This document shows, piece by piece, positions 29,875-38,755 of a stretch of 64,000 nt of DNA (its first letter is position 1; every line of letters starts with the position of its first letter). The notes beneath the pieces were generated by a model, which saw only the letters and a program-made list of their open reading frames with translations, was not told the origin of the DNA and made no database searches. The translations under genes and the position numbers were made by a program. The stretch lies in NCBI GenBank assembly GCA_934091055.1, contig CAKOKN010000004.1, positions 2,293-66,292 on the forward strand, read 5' to 3'. Source of the DNA: an uncultured Bacilli bacterium. Lineage in GTDB: Bacteria > Bacillota_I > Bacilli_A > RF39 > UBA660.

Positions 29875-30040
29875 AGTACCACTCCTTACAAAAAGCCAAT
29901 ATAATTATATAACAAAAGTAATTTTTTGTAAAGAAAAACTTTTCTTTTTCCGTGAAAGCCATTATCCCAATTGTCTTTCCCGGTCATTTATAGCCTTTCG
30001 TCTATAAATGAAACATTTATTTTATTTTCTCTTTCAACAT

Positions 30041-30070
30041 AAAAAAAGCTAATCCTTCAATTAGCTTTTT
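30041..30070 (-). terminator. Intrinsic terminator of the 30077-31684 gene
   Basis: Stem AAAAAGCTAAT / ATTAGCTTTTT with a 6-nt loop and flanking A/T runs. Confidence 0.65.
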
Positions 30071-30076
30071 AATTAT

Positions 30077-31684
30077 TTACCCCACAGTAAATGGATTATT
30101 CATAGTTCCATCACCACCAGTTATTGCATCAGCATTTAAAGAAACTACTGGACGGACTTTTATATTAATATTAACAGAATCACCACTAATAACAGTAGAG
30201 CCAATGACATTGCTTTCTACACTAGCATACCCATTATCTACATAAACAGGTGTCATAGTCCAAAAATGGCCCTTAAAATACAAATAAAAACTTTTATTAT
30301 CAATATATATCATATTATTTATATCGTATCCACCAGCTCCTGACATCACAATTTCATCAACAGTAAGTAACCCTATCGGAACAGTTAATGCTCCATTACC
30401 TTTAGATGTACTTACTGTAAATCTATCATTTACATTACTACACTTTAAACTTGGTGAATGATTAATAATATTTCGTTCCGTAGACATATATAATGTATCA
30501 TCAGTTCCATAACCTTCATTAGTAAACGTTAAACTAGATAAATTAGTAACCGAAGAAATACTTCTATCATTACAATAGATTGCATCTTCAATATAATCTG
30601 CATAACTAGATAAATTATTATTATACCAATTATCTAAATAAGTTTTTATTGTACTATCATTAATGTTCTTATGTGTTTCTGCATAACTTGAAGATCCTGG
30701 TGCACCATACATATAACCTACATAAGCGTTATCGTTATCACTGGTATTATAAACTGACGTGCCTATAGAGTTTTGTGTTACTATTCTAATAGAACCATCA
30801 CCATTTATTCTAACTATTCTCCACATTTGTCCTGCAAAAGATAAATAGTTATTGTCTACATCACCTCTAAAATAATATGTAGTACCAAAATCATCTACTG
30901 AAGAATATATTCCTTTAGTTCCATCACCCTGATTAGAAACAGAAGTCTTATCCCTCAAATTTTGCTTAACTCCACTATTACCACTTACTGTTGAAAAATC
31001 AGGTGTCTTCGTAGTATCTAAAACTATTGTACTATTTAAAGAGTGTAATTTTTGTAATGTGTAATTTGCGTCTATCTTTCCTTGATTTGCTGATGCTGAT
31101 ATTTTTCCTGAGAAAGAAGCTCCTATTACATCATTACCCGCTTTATTATTATCAATATAGATTACGATTATATATTTATTAATTTCAGTATTTGATAGTT
31201 GCTTAGTTAATATTTTTTTAGTGCCTGTACTTGTTATAGAGCCTGTTTTTTCAATATCAAAGGATTGATTTAATAAGTTTGCTACACTTACAGTACTGGT
31301 ACTAGTATTTTTTAATATAGCATACTTTAATGCTCCAACACTATTACCTGTAGTAAAAGCATCAGATAAAGATGTGATATTTAAGTATAGTGAACCATAG
31401 CCTTCTATACCACAAGTAGATTTAATACCTATATTGGCATAGGTTAATGCTATACCTTCTTTGATAGTGAACTTACTGTTACTATCTATTAGATCACTTT
31501 CATTCATTAACTTTACTGAAGCATTATTTATGTCTCCACCTTTAGTGTAGTCTATTGTGAAACAATCTGAATTTAGACCTATATTTATTTTGTCACTTGA
31601 CCAAGTTAGATAAGCTACTGTTACGCCTCCTAGTGCTAAGAGTATTATTATTCCTAGTATTAAATATTTCTTTTTCTTTTCCAT
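30077..31684 (-). CDS. Secreted/anchored protein with a TasA-type (SipW-like) N-terminal signal region; large C-terminal domain of unknown function
   Basis: MEKKKKYLILGIIILLALGGVTVAYLTWSSDKINIG resembles the N-termini of the 38133 and 38755 genes. ATG 31684 lies 9 nt after AAGGAG; the listed ORF begins at TTG 31693. The C-terminal half contains MWRIVRINGDGSIRIV and FWTMTP motifs. Confidence 0.6.
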   Translation of the reverse strand: MEKKKKYLILGIIILLALGGVTVAYLTWSSDKINIGLNSDCFTIDYTKGGDINNASVKLMNESDLIDSNSKFTIKEGIALTYANIGIKSTCGIEGYGSLYLNITSLSDAFTTGNSVGALKYAILKNTSTSTVSVANLLNQSFDIEKTGSITSTGTKKILTKQLSNTEINKYIIVIYIDNNKAGNDVIGASFSGKISASANQGKIDANYTLQKLHSLNSTIVLDTTKTPDFSTVSGNSGVKQNLRDKTSVSNQGDGTKGIYSSVDDFGTTYYFRGDVDNNYLSFAGQMWRIVRINGDGSIRIVTQNSIGTSVYNTSDNDNAYVGYMYGAPGSSSYAETHKNINDSTIKTYLDNWYNNNLSSYADYIEDAIYCNDRSISSVTNLSSLTFTNEGYGTDDTLYMSTERNIINHSPSLKCSNVNDRFTVSTSKGNGALTVPIGLLTVDEIVMSGAGGYDINNMIYIDNKSFYLYFKGHFWTMTPVYVDNGYASVESNVIGSTVISGDSVNINIKVRPVVSLNADAITGGDGTMNNPFTVG

Positions 31685-31711
31685 ATTATTCAACTCCTTA
31701 CTAAATAGAAA

Positions 31712-31758
31712 AAAGACTATAAAAAACTAGTTAATAAACTAGTTATTTTACAGTCTTT
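31712..31758 (-). terminator. Very strong intrinsic terminator / attenuator 12 nt upstream of the RBS of the 30077-31684 gene
   Basis: In the minus-strand RNA: a 13-bp outer stem (AAAGACUGUAAAA / UUUUAUAGUCUUU, whose G-U pair exists only in this orientation), an 8-bp inner stem (AACUAGUU x2) and loop UAUU, followed by UUUUUUC. Confidence 0.65.
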
Positions 31759-31788
31759 AATATATTATTATTTGTATAAAGTCTTATT

Positions 31789-31857
31789 TTATAAGATATT
31801 ACAAGCCCCCCCCCTAATTAACAACGAGTTAACGATTTTAAATTCACTATTAATCAT
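31789..31857 (-). CDS. 22-codon leader ORF containing the G9 tract (hypothetical)
   Basis: AAAGGAG, 9 nt, then ATG. Sequence is MINSEFKIVNSLLIRGGACNIL. It lies between a sigma-A-like promoter and the terminator at 31712-31758. Confidence 0.35.
   Translation of the reverse strand: MINSEFKIVNSLLIRGGACNIL
31806..31814. repeat. C9/G9 homopolymer tract
   Basis: acaagCCCCCCCCCtaatta. I saw no other G/C homopolymer of this length in this AT-rich window. Confidence 0.85.
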
Positions 31858-31894
31858 AGGGTTCAGCTCCTTTCTTCTTTATACTTACAAATAA

Positions 31895-31923
31895 ATAATA
31901 TCATACTTTGTTAATTTATACAA
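31895..31923 (-). promoter_or_regulatory. Putative sigma-A promoter driving the leader ORF and the 30077 gene
   Basis: On the minus strand: TTGTAT, a 17-nt spacer ending in TGA, then TATTAT. It lies about 25 nt upstream of the leader RBS. Confidence 0.5.
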
Positions 31924-31982
31924 GTAGAAAAAGAAAAAATAATAAAATTTATTTTATAGACTTAGAATAAGACTATAAAATA

Positions 31983-32008
31983 CCTCTTAAGACCTTAGGC
32001 TTAAGAGG
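31983..32008. repeat. Hairpin with conserved loop ACCTTAGG
   Basis: CCTCTTAAG-accttagg-CTTAAGAGG, about 20 nt downstream of the deacetylase gene. Confidence 0.7.
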
Positions 32009-32026
32009 ATATATAATATATAATAA

Positions 32027-33013
32027 TTATCTAGCATATCCATATACCTTACCCTTTTCTAAAGAAATATTCTTATAATAAAATAACTCTGGTACTGTAA
32101 CAAAAGTATAACCATTATTTAATAATTTAGGTATAATAATATTTAAACTATTAGAAGTAGCACTATATATATCGTGCATTAATATTATATCCCCATCTTT
32201 TACTTTATTAACTACCCTACTAGCTATCTTCTTAGAATTATGATACTTCCAATCTAAAGTATCAATATCCCATATAATAATAGGAAGATTACTACACTTC
32301 TTTATCTTCTTATTAAAAGATCCATAACTAGGTCTTAATAATCTAGGACTACTACCAGTTACTTCAAATATTAAATTACTAGTACTATCTATTTCCTCTT
32401 TTATCTTATCTTCTTTATACTTAGTAAGTAATAAATGATTATAAGTATGATTACCTATCTCCATACCACTATCTTTCATTCTTTTTAGTATATCTTCATT
32501 CCCTTTTATTTTAGATCCCAATACAAAGAAAGTAGCTTTAACATTATATTTATTTAATATATCTAATACTTTATTAGTATTATAATTAGGACCATCATCA
32601 AAAGTAAGAGCTATATATTTATTATCTTTATCTTTTATATTATTAGTTATATAATCAAAATCAAACATATTATTATCAGTCTTAGTAACACTACTATTAT
32701 CTTTATCTATAATAAAAGAATTACTATCATAATTTATTTTATTATTATTAAATATATATTTATAAAAAGTCAAATAATATAAATTATTCTTATCTATATA
32801 ATCATAATCTATAAATACACTACCCTTATTATTAGTAAAATCATTTAAAAAATCACTTATATAATTATCTATATTATCATTACTAAAAAAAGGATAACTA
32901 ATATTCTTAGTATCAGATATTATCTCTTTATTTATTAATTCTTTTTCTTTATCTAATACTAATATCATTATTGTAATAATAATAAAAGGTATTAAAAGAT
33001 ATCTTATTTTCAT
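32027..33013 (-). CDS. Polysaccharide deacetylase (NodB domain; PdaA/PdaB-like)
   Basis: N-terminal TM. NodB motifs are ALTFDDGP and GNHTYNH, plus LLRPSYG. Confidence 0.85.
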   Translation of the reverse strand: MKIRYLLIPFIIITIMILVLDKEKELINKEIISDTKNISYPFFSNDNIDNYISDFLNDFTNNKGSVFIDYDYIDKNNLYYLTFYKYIFNNNKINYDSNSFIIDKDNSSVTKTDNNMFDFDYITNNIKDKDNKYIALTFDDGPNYNTNKVLDILNKYNVKATFFVLGSKIKGNEDILKRMKDSGMEIGNHTYNHLLLTKYKEDKIKEEIDSTSNLIFEVTGSSPRLLRPSYGSFNKKIKKCSNLPIIIWDIDTLDWKYHNSKKIASRVVNKVKDGDIILMHDIYSATSNSLNIIIPKLLNNGYTFVTVPELFYYKNISLEKGKVYGYAR

Positions 33014-33054
33014 ATATTCACCTAAATAATAATATGAAAAAAAGACTATAATTA

Positions 33055-33630
33055 TTAGTCTTTAATATCAATACCCTCAAATTCTACATTAATAAACTTT
33101 TTACTAGATAAATAATCACACATATGAACAAATCTTTCATACTTATCTTTAGGTATAGGAAGTACTTCATTACCATTATAATCTTTATTCCATATACCCA
33201 TATGTGAAGAAATAACTCTAGTAATTAAATCCAATTCTTCTTCATTTAAAGATATATTATCTTTTTGTTTTCTTATAAAATCCGCTGCTAACAAAGGATG
33301 ATCAAATCTAGTATATTTTTCTTTTACTACACCACTTTTAAATCCATCGTGTAATACTAAAGCCATAATAATTATATCTTTTTCATTATCTTTAAAATTA
33401 TTAAGTCCTGGATTATCTAATAATTCTTTAGCTATTCTAACTGCTACTTTAGTATGTTTAACCAATCCATTCTCTGTACTAGCAAATCTAGGATGATATT
33501 TACCAGTACTAGATGCAGGTATCTCAAAGAAATAATCTGGTAAATTACTAACTAAATATTTTAAATCTTCTCTCTTCTTATTATCTTTTATATAATTATA
33601 TTCTTTATTAAAATAATCTACTTTTTCCAT
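33055..33630 (-). CDS. HD-domain phosphohydrolase family protein
   Basis: 191 aa with an H...HD pattern (KHTKVAV...LVLHDGFK...SHMG). Confidence 0.65.
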   Translation of the reverse strand: MEKVDYFNKEYNYIKDNKKREDLKYLVSNLPDYFFEIPASSTGKYHPRFASTENGLVKHTKVAVRIAKELLDNPGLNNFKDNEKDIIIMALVLHDGFKSGVVKEKYTRFDHPLLAADFIRKQKDNISLNEEELDLITRVISSHMGIWNKDYNGNEVLPIPKDKYERFVHMCDYLSSKKFINVEFEGIDIKD

Positions 33631-33634
33631 ATTA

Positions 33635-34441
33635 TTACTTCCTTACATTAATATCCACAGTTGTATATGGTATTTCTATCTTCTCTTTATCAAATCTTTG
33701 TTTTATCATCTTTAAAGCAGCTCTCTTAACTGCAAAATTAGACATAGCTTTACAAGTAATATCTACTGCATATACTATTGAAGAATTACCAAGTTCATCT
33801 ACTCCTAGTAATTTATAATCTTTTACTTGATCTATCTTTAGTATATCTTCTTTCATACTACTAAGAACCTCTTCTAATTTATCTATATCAGTATTATAAG
33901 CAACATTAAGTTTAAGAAATATATCACAATTAGATAAATTATAATTAATAACTTCATTAAATGAAGCATTACCTATAGATTTAACTTCTCCAGTAAATGC
34001 TTTTAATTTAGTAGTTCTAAGTCCAAACTCTATAACATAACCACCAAACTTATTAATCTCTACATAATCTCCAACAGCAAACTTATTATCAAATATAATA
34101 GCAATACCTGCTAATAAATCTTTAATAATATCTTGAAAAGCAAGACCAACAATCGCAGCAAATACTCCTAATGAAGCTATAATACTAGTAGTATCAACTC
34201 CATATAATTTTAAAATACCTACTATAACAAATACTAACACTAAGTACTTACAAGCACTCTTGGCTAAGTTAATAATAGTATCTTTTCTCTTATCTTTTCC
34301 TCTTCCACCTTTATGTCTAACAGTAAGTTTATCTACTATCTTTCCTAATATAAAATTAAATATAATTCCTATCACAGCATAAACAAATGGTAAATAAAAT
34401 TTATAACTAGTTATAAAATCAGTAAATTTTTCCATACACAT
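33635..34441 (-). CDS. Small-conductance mechanosensitive channel (MscS family)
   Basis: Three TM helices followed by the MscS beta-domain (FAVGDYVEINKFGGYVIEFGLRTTKL). ATG 34435 is an alternative start. Confidence 0.8.
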   Translation of the reverse strand: MCMEKFTDFITSYKFYLPFVYAVIGIIFNFILGKIVDKLTVRHKGGRGKDKRKDTIINLAKSACKYLVLVFVIVGILKLYGVDTTSIIASLGVFAAIVGLAFQDIIKDLLAGIAIIFDNKFAVGDYVEINKFGGYVIEFGLRTTKLKAFTGEVKSIGNASFNEVINYNLSNCDIFLKLNVAYNTDIDKLEEVLSSMKEDILKIDQVKDYKLLGVDELGNSSIVYAVDITCKAMSNFAVKRAALKMIKQRFDKEKIEIPYTTVDINVRK

Positions 34442-34499
34442 CCAACCTCTCTATATTTATTATAAGATATTTAATTAAATAAGTAAATAAGATAATTAA

Positions 34500-34775
34500 T
34501 TATTTTACTTTAACTTTAATTTTCTTTTTATTTACATTATCTTCCTTATAATTAGTAACTATTATTTTATCACATAATCTACACTTCTTAATATATACAC
34601 CATTCTTTTCTCTACAAGAAAAACTATGTCCTTTTATCTTACATATATTATTATTAATATCATCAAGTATTTCATTTAAAATATTTACTTCTTGTTTATA
34701 TTCATTTATACTATCAATAGTAGTTCTTCTTAATTGATATAATTTAGATAACTTATCTTTATTATCATTCTTCAT
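34500..34775 (-). CDS. Hypothetical 91-aa protein with coiled-coil and Cys-rich (CxxxxxxxxC...CxxC) region
   Basis: The listed ORF starts at GTG 34841, inside the hemW terminator hairpin. The internal ATG (MKNDNKDKLSK...) is the more plausible start. Confidence 0.4.
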   Translation of the reverse strand: MKNDNKDKLSKLYQLRRTTIDSINEYKQEVNILNEILDDINNNICKIKGHSFSCREKNGVYIKKCRLCDKIIVTNYKEDNVNKKKIKVKVK

Positions 34776-34827
34776 AACATCATCTCTTTCTGTAAGCACT
34801 ATAATAATATATTTTATCAAAAATATC

Positions 34828-34878
34828 AAGTTATCGACCACTTTTTACTGCTTTTACTCCGAAAGTGGTCGATAACTT
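34828..34878 (-). terminator. Long perfect hairpin downstream of hemW (probable terminator)
   Basis: A 17-bp perfect stem (AAGTTATCGACCACTTT / AAAGTGGTCGATAACTT) with a 17-nt loop. On the minus strand a T-rich stretch begins 4 nt after the stem. Confidence 0.45.
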
Positions 34879-34888
34879 ACACTTTTTA

Positions 34889-35974
34889 CTATTTTTTACT
34901 ATCTATTATTCTAACAATAATCTCATTAGAAATATACATATATTTTTTATTAATACTAAGATAATTATTCTTTTTTATTAAATAACCATCCCCTAAAAGA
35001 TAATCTATATTATAAATATCTTCTAAATCTTTATTATACTTTTCTCTAAATCTTTTTAAATTTATACCCTCTATTTTTCTAAGACCAAGCATTATTTCAT
35101 TCTCTATTCTAATATCTTCTTCTTCATAATCTCTATCTTTTAAATATATACCATCTAAGTACTTAGATAAATTCTTTACATTATTCATTCTATAATTATT
35201 TATATAACTAGTACTAGAAAGACCAAATCCATAATACTCTTCATTATTCCAATATACTAAATTATGTCTAGATTTATACCCCTCTTTAGCATAATTACTA
35301 ATCTCATAATGAATATAATTATTATCCTCTAATGTATTCTCTATATAATTATACATATCATAATCTTTGTCTTCATCTATATTAGTAAATCCTTTTATCT
35401 TAAGCATAGTATTATTTTCTATTATCAAGCTATAAGTAGATATATGGGGTACATCTAATTCTAAAAAGTACTTAATATCTTCTTTTAATATATTAATATC
35501 ATCATAAGCAGCATATATTAAATCTATATTTATATTATCAAAATACTTCTTTACTAATTCTATTTGTCTAAATATATCTTCTCTAGTATTATTTCTTCCA
35601 AGTAACTTAATAATATCTTTATTAAAAGATTGTACTCCTATACTTATCCTATTAACTCTATGCTCTTTCATTATAATAAGTTTATCTTCAGTAATAGAAT
35701 CTATATTACACTCTATAGTAAACTCATAATCTTTATCTACATTAAATATCTTTATAATCTTAAATAATCTAAGTAATTCATCACAATCTAAACTACTCGG
35801 AGTCCCTCCTCCTATATATATAGTATTAACTATTTCATTCTTATACCTAGATTTAATTTCCTTTTCTAAATTAGCCAAATATTTATTTATATATTTCTTA
35901 TTATAAAAGACCTTACAAAAATCACAATAAGAACAAATATTATCACAAAAAGGAATATGTATATATATAGACAT
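34889..35974 (-). CDS. hemW: Radical SAM heme chaperone HemW (HemN-like, oxygen-independent coproporphyrinogen oxidase family)
   Basis: MSIYIHIPFCDNICSYCDF contains the CxxxCxxC cluster motif. GGGTPS is also present. The start was moved to ATG 35974; the listed ORF begins at TTG 36019. Confidence 0.85.
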   Translation of the reverse strand: MSIYIHIPFCDNICSYCDFCKVFYNKKYINKYLANLEKEIKSRYKNEIVNTIYIGGGTPSSLDCDELLRLFKIIKIFNVDKDYEFTIECNIDSITEDKLIIMKEHRVNRISIGVQSFNKDIIKLLGRNNTREDIFRQIELVKKYFDNINIDLIYAAYDDINILKEDIKYFLELDVPHISTYSLIIENNTMLKIKGFTNIDEDKDYDMYNYIENTLEDNNYIHYEISNYAKEGYKSRHNLVYWNNEEYYGFGLSSTSYINNYRMNNVKNLSKYLDGIYLKDRDYEEEDIRIENEIMLGLRKIEGINLKRFREKYNKDLEDIYNIDYLLGDGYLIKKNNYLSINKKYMYISNEIIVRIIDSKK

Positions 35975-36019
35975 AATATCACCATCTAATAGAATAACAT
36001 AAATTATTATTATTTTCAA

Positions 36020-36050
36020 TGAATAAAATTATTAGTATAAGTACAATATA
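36020..36050 (+). promoter_or_regulatory. Possible forespore (sigma-G/F-like) promoter of sspI
   Basis: TGAATA, an 18-nt spacer, then CAATATA. The second element lies about 15 nt upstream of the sspI ATG. The match to consensus is only partial. Confidence 0.3.
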
Positions 36051-36064
36051 GTAATGGTGATAAT

Positions 36065-36271
36065 ATGAATAATATAGATGTTAGAAGTTATATCATAAGT
36101 AACTTCAAAGAAGACACTCCTGAAGATATTAAACTATCTATCGAAGAATCAATTTCTTCAAAAGAAGATGATCCTTTAATAGGTCTTGGTGTCTTATTTG
36201 AACTATTATGGAATAATAGTAGTGATGATGAAAAGGATATAATTATCTCTAACATAAAAAAAGGTATGTAA
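36065..36271 (+). CDS. sspI: Small acid-soluble spore protein I
   Basis: 68 aa. ...EDDPLIGLGVLFELLWNNSSDDEKD...KKG is collinear with B. subtilis SspI (...MLPGLGVLFEVIW...). Confidence 0.8.
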   Translation: MNNIDVRSYIISNFKEDTPEDIKLSIEESISSKEDDPLIGLGVLFELLWNNSSDDEKDIIISNIKKGM

Positions 36272-36275
36272 ATAA

Positions 36276-37223
36276 TTACATATCTTTTTCTAATATAAAC
36301 AATTCCAAAAATACATTACCATCTATAGTACCACTTTTAATATTATTATCTAAATTAGCTAAATAAGATAGATATCTAAGTAAATCATCTTCAGTATAAT
36401 AATAACTATCACTAAGTAAATACTTAACCCTATATACACTTCTAAACTCTAATATCTTCGCTATCTCATCATTAGATTTTCCATTATTATACAATCTCTT
36501 CACTTGAAAAAGTAATCTAATTTGTGCAGCAATAACTGCTATAATCTGATTAACATCCATCCCATTCTGAATAAAATTATTATATATTTCTATTGCCTTA
36601 CTCTTATCTTTCTTTAATATACAATTAACTAAATCATAAACAGAATTATCAAAATTCTCTGAAACAAGAATATTTATATCCTCCTTAGTAATTACTCTAT
36701 CACTAACTTTATATAACATAAGCTTATCTAATTCATTAATAAGATTATCAAGATTATTACCACACCTATCTATCAAATAATTAATATCCTCTTTAGTAAT
36801 GTTATAATCATTACTCTTTACATAATCATTAGCAAAAGAAATTAAATATTCCAAAGTAGCTTCTACTTTTTCACTTTTACCTTTTGCAGTTATAAGCTTA
36901 ACTAACTTTCTTCTAGAATCTACAGTAGAACTATAACTAACAAAAACTAAATAACTATTAGAATTATAACTGTCAAAATAATCTTCTAATTTTTCCATCA
37001 ATGGAACTTCTTTCTTTCCACTTAAATAACTAGTACTATCTATAACAATTAATTTATTTAAAGAAAACATTGATATAGTAAGAGCATCATTAACTATATC
37101 CTCTATATCATTTATATCATAATAACTAACATCCTCTTCATTAACTTCTATTTTCTTTCTAATATCTTCTATTTTCTTTTTAATTATGCCTTTATCTTCA
37201 CCATATAACAAATAAAAATTCAC
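36276..37223 (-). CDS. holA: DNA polymerase III delta subunit
   Basis: 315 aa. The N-terminus MNFYLLYGEDKGIIKKK is typical of HolA. The start is GTG. The helical C-terminal domain matches the family in size and layout. Confidence 0.7.
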   Translation of the reverse strand: MNFYLLYGEDKGIIKKKIEDIRKKIEVNEEDVSYYDINDIEDIVNDALTISMFSLNKLIVIDSTSYLSGKKEVPLMEKLEDYFDSYNSNSYLVFVSYSSTVDSRRKLVKLITAKGKSEKVEATLEYLISFANDYVKSNDYNITKEDINYLIDRCGNNLDNLINELDKLMLYKVSDRVITKEDINILVSENFDNSVYDLVNCILKKDKSKAIEIYNNFIQNGMDVNQIIAVIAAQIRLLFQVKRLYNNGKSNDEIAKILEFRSVYRVKYLLSDSYYYTEDDLLRYLSYLANLDNNIKSGTIDGNVFLELFILEKDM

Positions 37224-37227
37224 TCTA

Positions 37228-38079
37228 TCACTCTTCTATCTTCCTGCAGTCATAATTATTATTTTTATAATATGAAATAAGTTCTTCTAATGTTCTAGGC
37301 ATAAAATAATCTTCTTCTGTATTTATATTAGAAAATACTATATATGTATACTTTTCATCATCAAATTTATAAGTATCTCCATCATTTATATATTTATAAA
37401 AATAACTCTTATCTTTAAATTCTTTATAATAAGCCGTATCAGTAAAAATATAATTACTCTTTACTTCTATATTATTAATATTCTTTTTATAATCAAAAGT
37501 AAGTTCTACTTCCTCATTAACAGTACAAGGTAATGATGCTGAAAAAGAACTCTTAGAGCATAAATAACTACTATTACTTTTATCTAATATTTTATCTTTC
37601 ATAAAGTATAATAAACCCGCTATAACAATTACTATTATTATCACAAGAAATAATAGTATTTTCTTTTTATTAACCTTCTTATTTGTATTTACATCTTCCT
37701 TTAATTTAGGTTTAGGAATAGTTAAATCACTTAATTTATTTATATCAACAGTATTATTATAAATACTTTCATCTATTATTTGTATTGAATTAATATTATC
37801 TAAAGATATAACTTCATAATCACTATCAACATTACTATTTAATAATAAATCAATAAAATTCTTTATAATATTACTTATATCTTCTTTTGAAGTCATAACA
37901 ATTATTTCTCGTTCTCTAACAAATAAAGTACCAAAATAAATCTTTTTATTATCATAACTATATATTATATACTTATTACCATTCTTTTTATTTTTAAAAG
38001 CCGCAAAAACATTAACATAAATAGTCTCTTGTCCATAAACAAATTTATAATCATTAACTTTTATTCTTTTTCCAATCAT
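37228..38079 (-). CDS. Hypothetical single-pass membrane protein
   Basis: 283 aa with a central TM (ILLFLVIIIVIVIAGLLYF). It is the last gene of the cluster that contains the two TasA-like genes. RBS is GGAGGAA. Confidence 0.45.
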   Translation of the reverse strand: MIGKRIKVNDYKFVYGQETIYVNVFAAFKNKKNGNKYIIYSYDNKKIYFGTLFVREREIIVMTSKEDISNIIKNFIDLLLNSNVDSDYEVISLDNINSIQIIDESIYNNTVDINKLSDLTIPKPKLKEDVNTNKKVNKKKILLFLVIIIVIVIAGLLYFMKDKILDKSNSSYLCSKSSFSASLPCTVNEEVELTFDYKKNINNIEVKSNYIFTDTAYYKEFKDKSYFYKYINDGDTYKFDDEKYTYIVFSNINTEEDYFMPRTLEELISYYKNNNYDCRKIEE

Positions 38080-38132
38080 AATTCCTCCACATTAATTATA
38101 ATACATTAAATTTATTTAGTAAAGAAAAACTG

Positions 38133-38690
38133 CTATTCATATTTAATTTGATTAGCAGTTATATCAAATCCTCCAACAAAAGTTTTACCTTGTTCTATGT
38201 CTTGATTTTCTCCATTTTCTCCAAGCCATATAAGAACAGTAAATGTTTTTTCTTCTTTTGCTTTTAAGTAAATTCCTGAAGCAATTCTAACACTTCCACT
38301 AGAAGGTATACTACCCGTACCAATCTTATTATTATTAGAATCATATATTGCAAACTTTAATTCATTAGAAGTAAACTCATTATTTGTAACATCTATATTT
38401 ATATCTAATGTCTGATCCAAAGTACCAGTACTTCTAACAGCAAATTTCTTTTTATACACTGAATAAGTAGAATTTATATTTGGTTCATATATAGGTAACA
38501 AAGCATATGTATCTATAACTCTTCCATCTATATAATTTATCTCTAATACTCCAGTTCTTATCTGAGTACTATCTTTCTTTTCTCTAGCTATTATAGAAAA
38601 ATATGTAAAAGTAATACCTATACACATAGTTATAATAGTTAAAACAAGTAAAATAAGATAAAATATTTCATTCTTTTTTCTACTCTCCAT
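38133..38690 (-). CDS. TasA/BsaA/camelysin-like protein with SipW-type signal peptide (paralog 2)
   Basis: MESRKKNEIFYLILLVLTIITMCIGITFTYFSIIAREKKDSTQIRTGVLEINY. The xTFxYFS plus GxLxI pattern resembles TasA and CalY signal regions. The mature part is about 150 aa and looks beta-rich. Confidence 0.55.
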   Translation of the reverse strand: MESRKKNEIFYLILLVLTIITMCIGITFTYFSIIAREKKDSTQIRTGVLEINYIDGRVIDTYALLPIYEPNINSTYSVYKKKFAVRSTGTLDQTLDINIDVTNNEFTSNELKFAIYDSNNNKIGTGSIPSSGSVRIASGIYLKAKEEKTFTVLIWLGENGENQDIEQGKTFVGGFDITANQIKYE

Positions 38691-38721
38691 ATTCTATATC
38701 ACCTAGTATAATGATATCAAA

Positions 38722-38755
38722 AAAACAAAAAAAAAGCAATATTAAATTGCTTTTT
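38722..38755 (-). terminator. Intrinsic terminator after the 38755-39459 gene
   Basis: Stem AAAAAGCAAT / ATTGCTTTTT with a 5-nt loop, followed by a long T-run on the minus strand. Confidence 0.7.
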
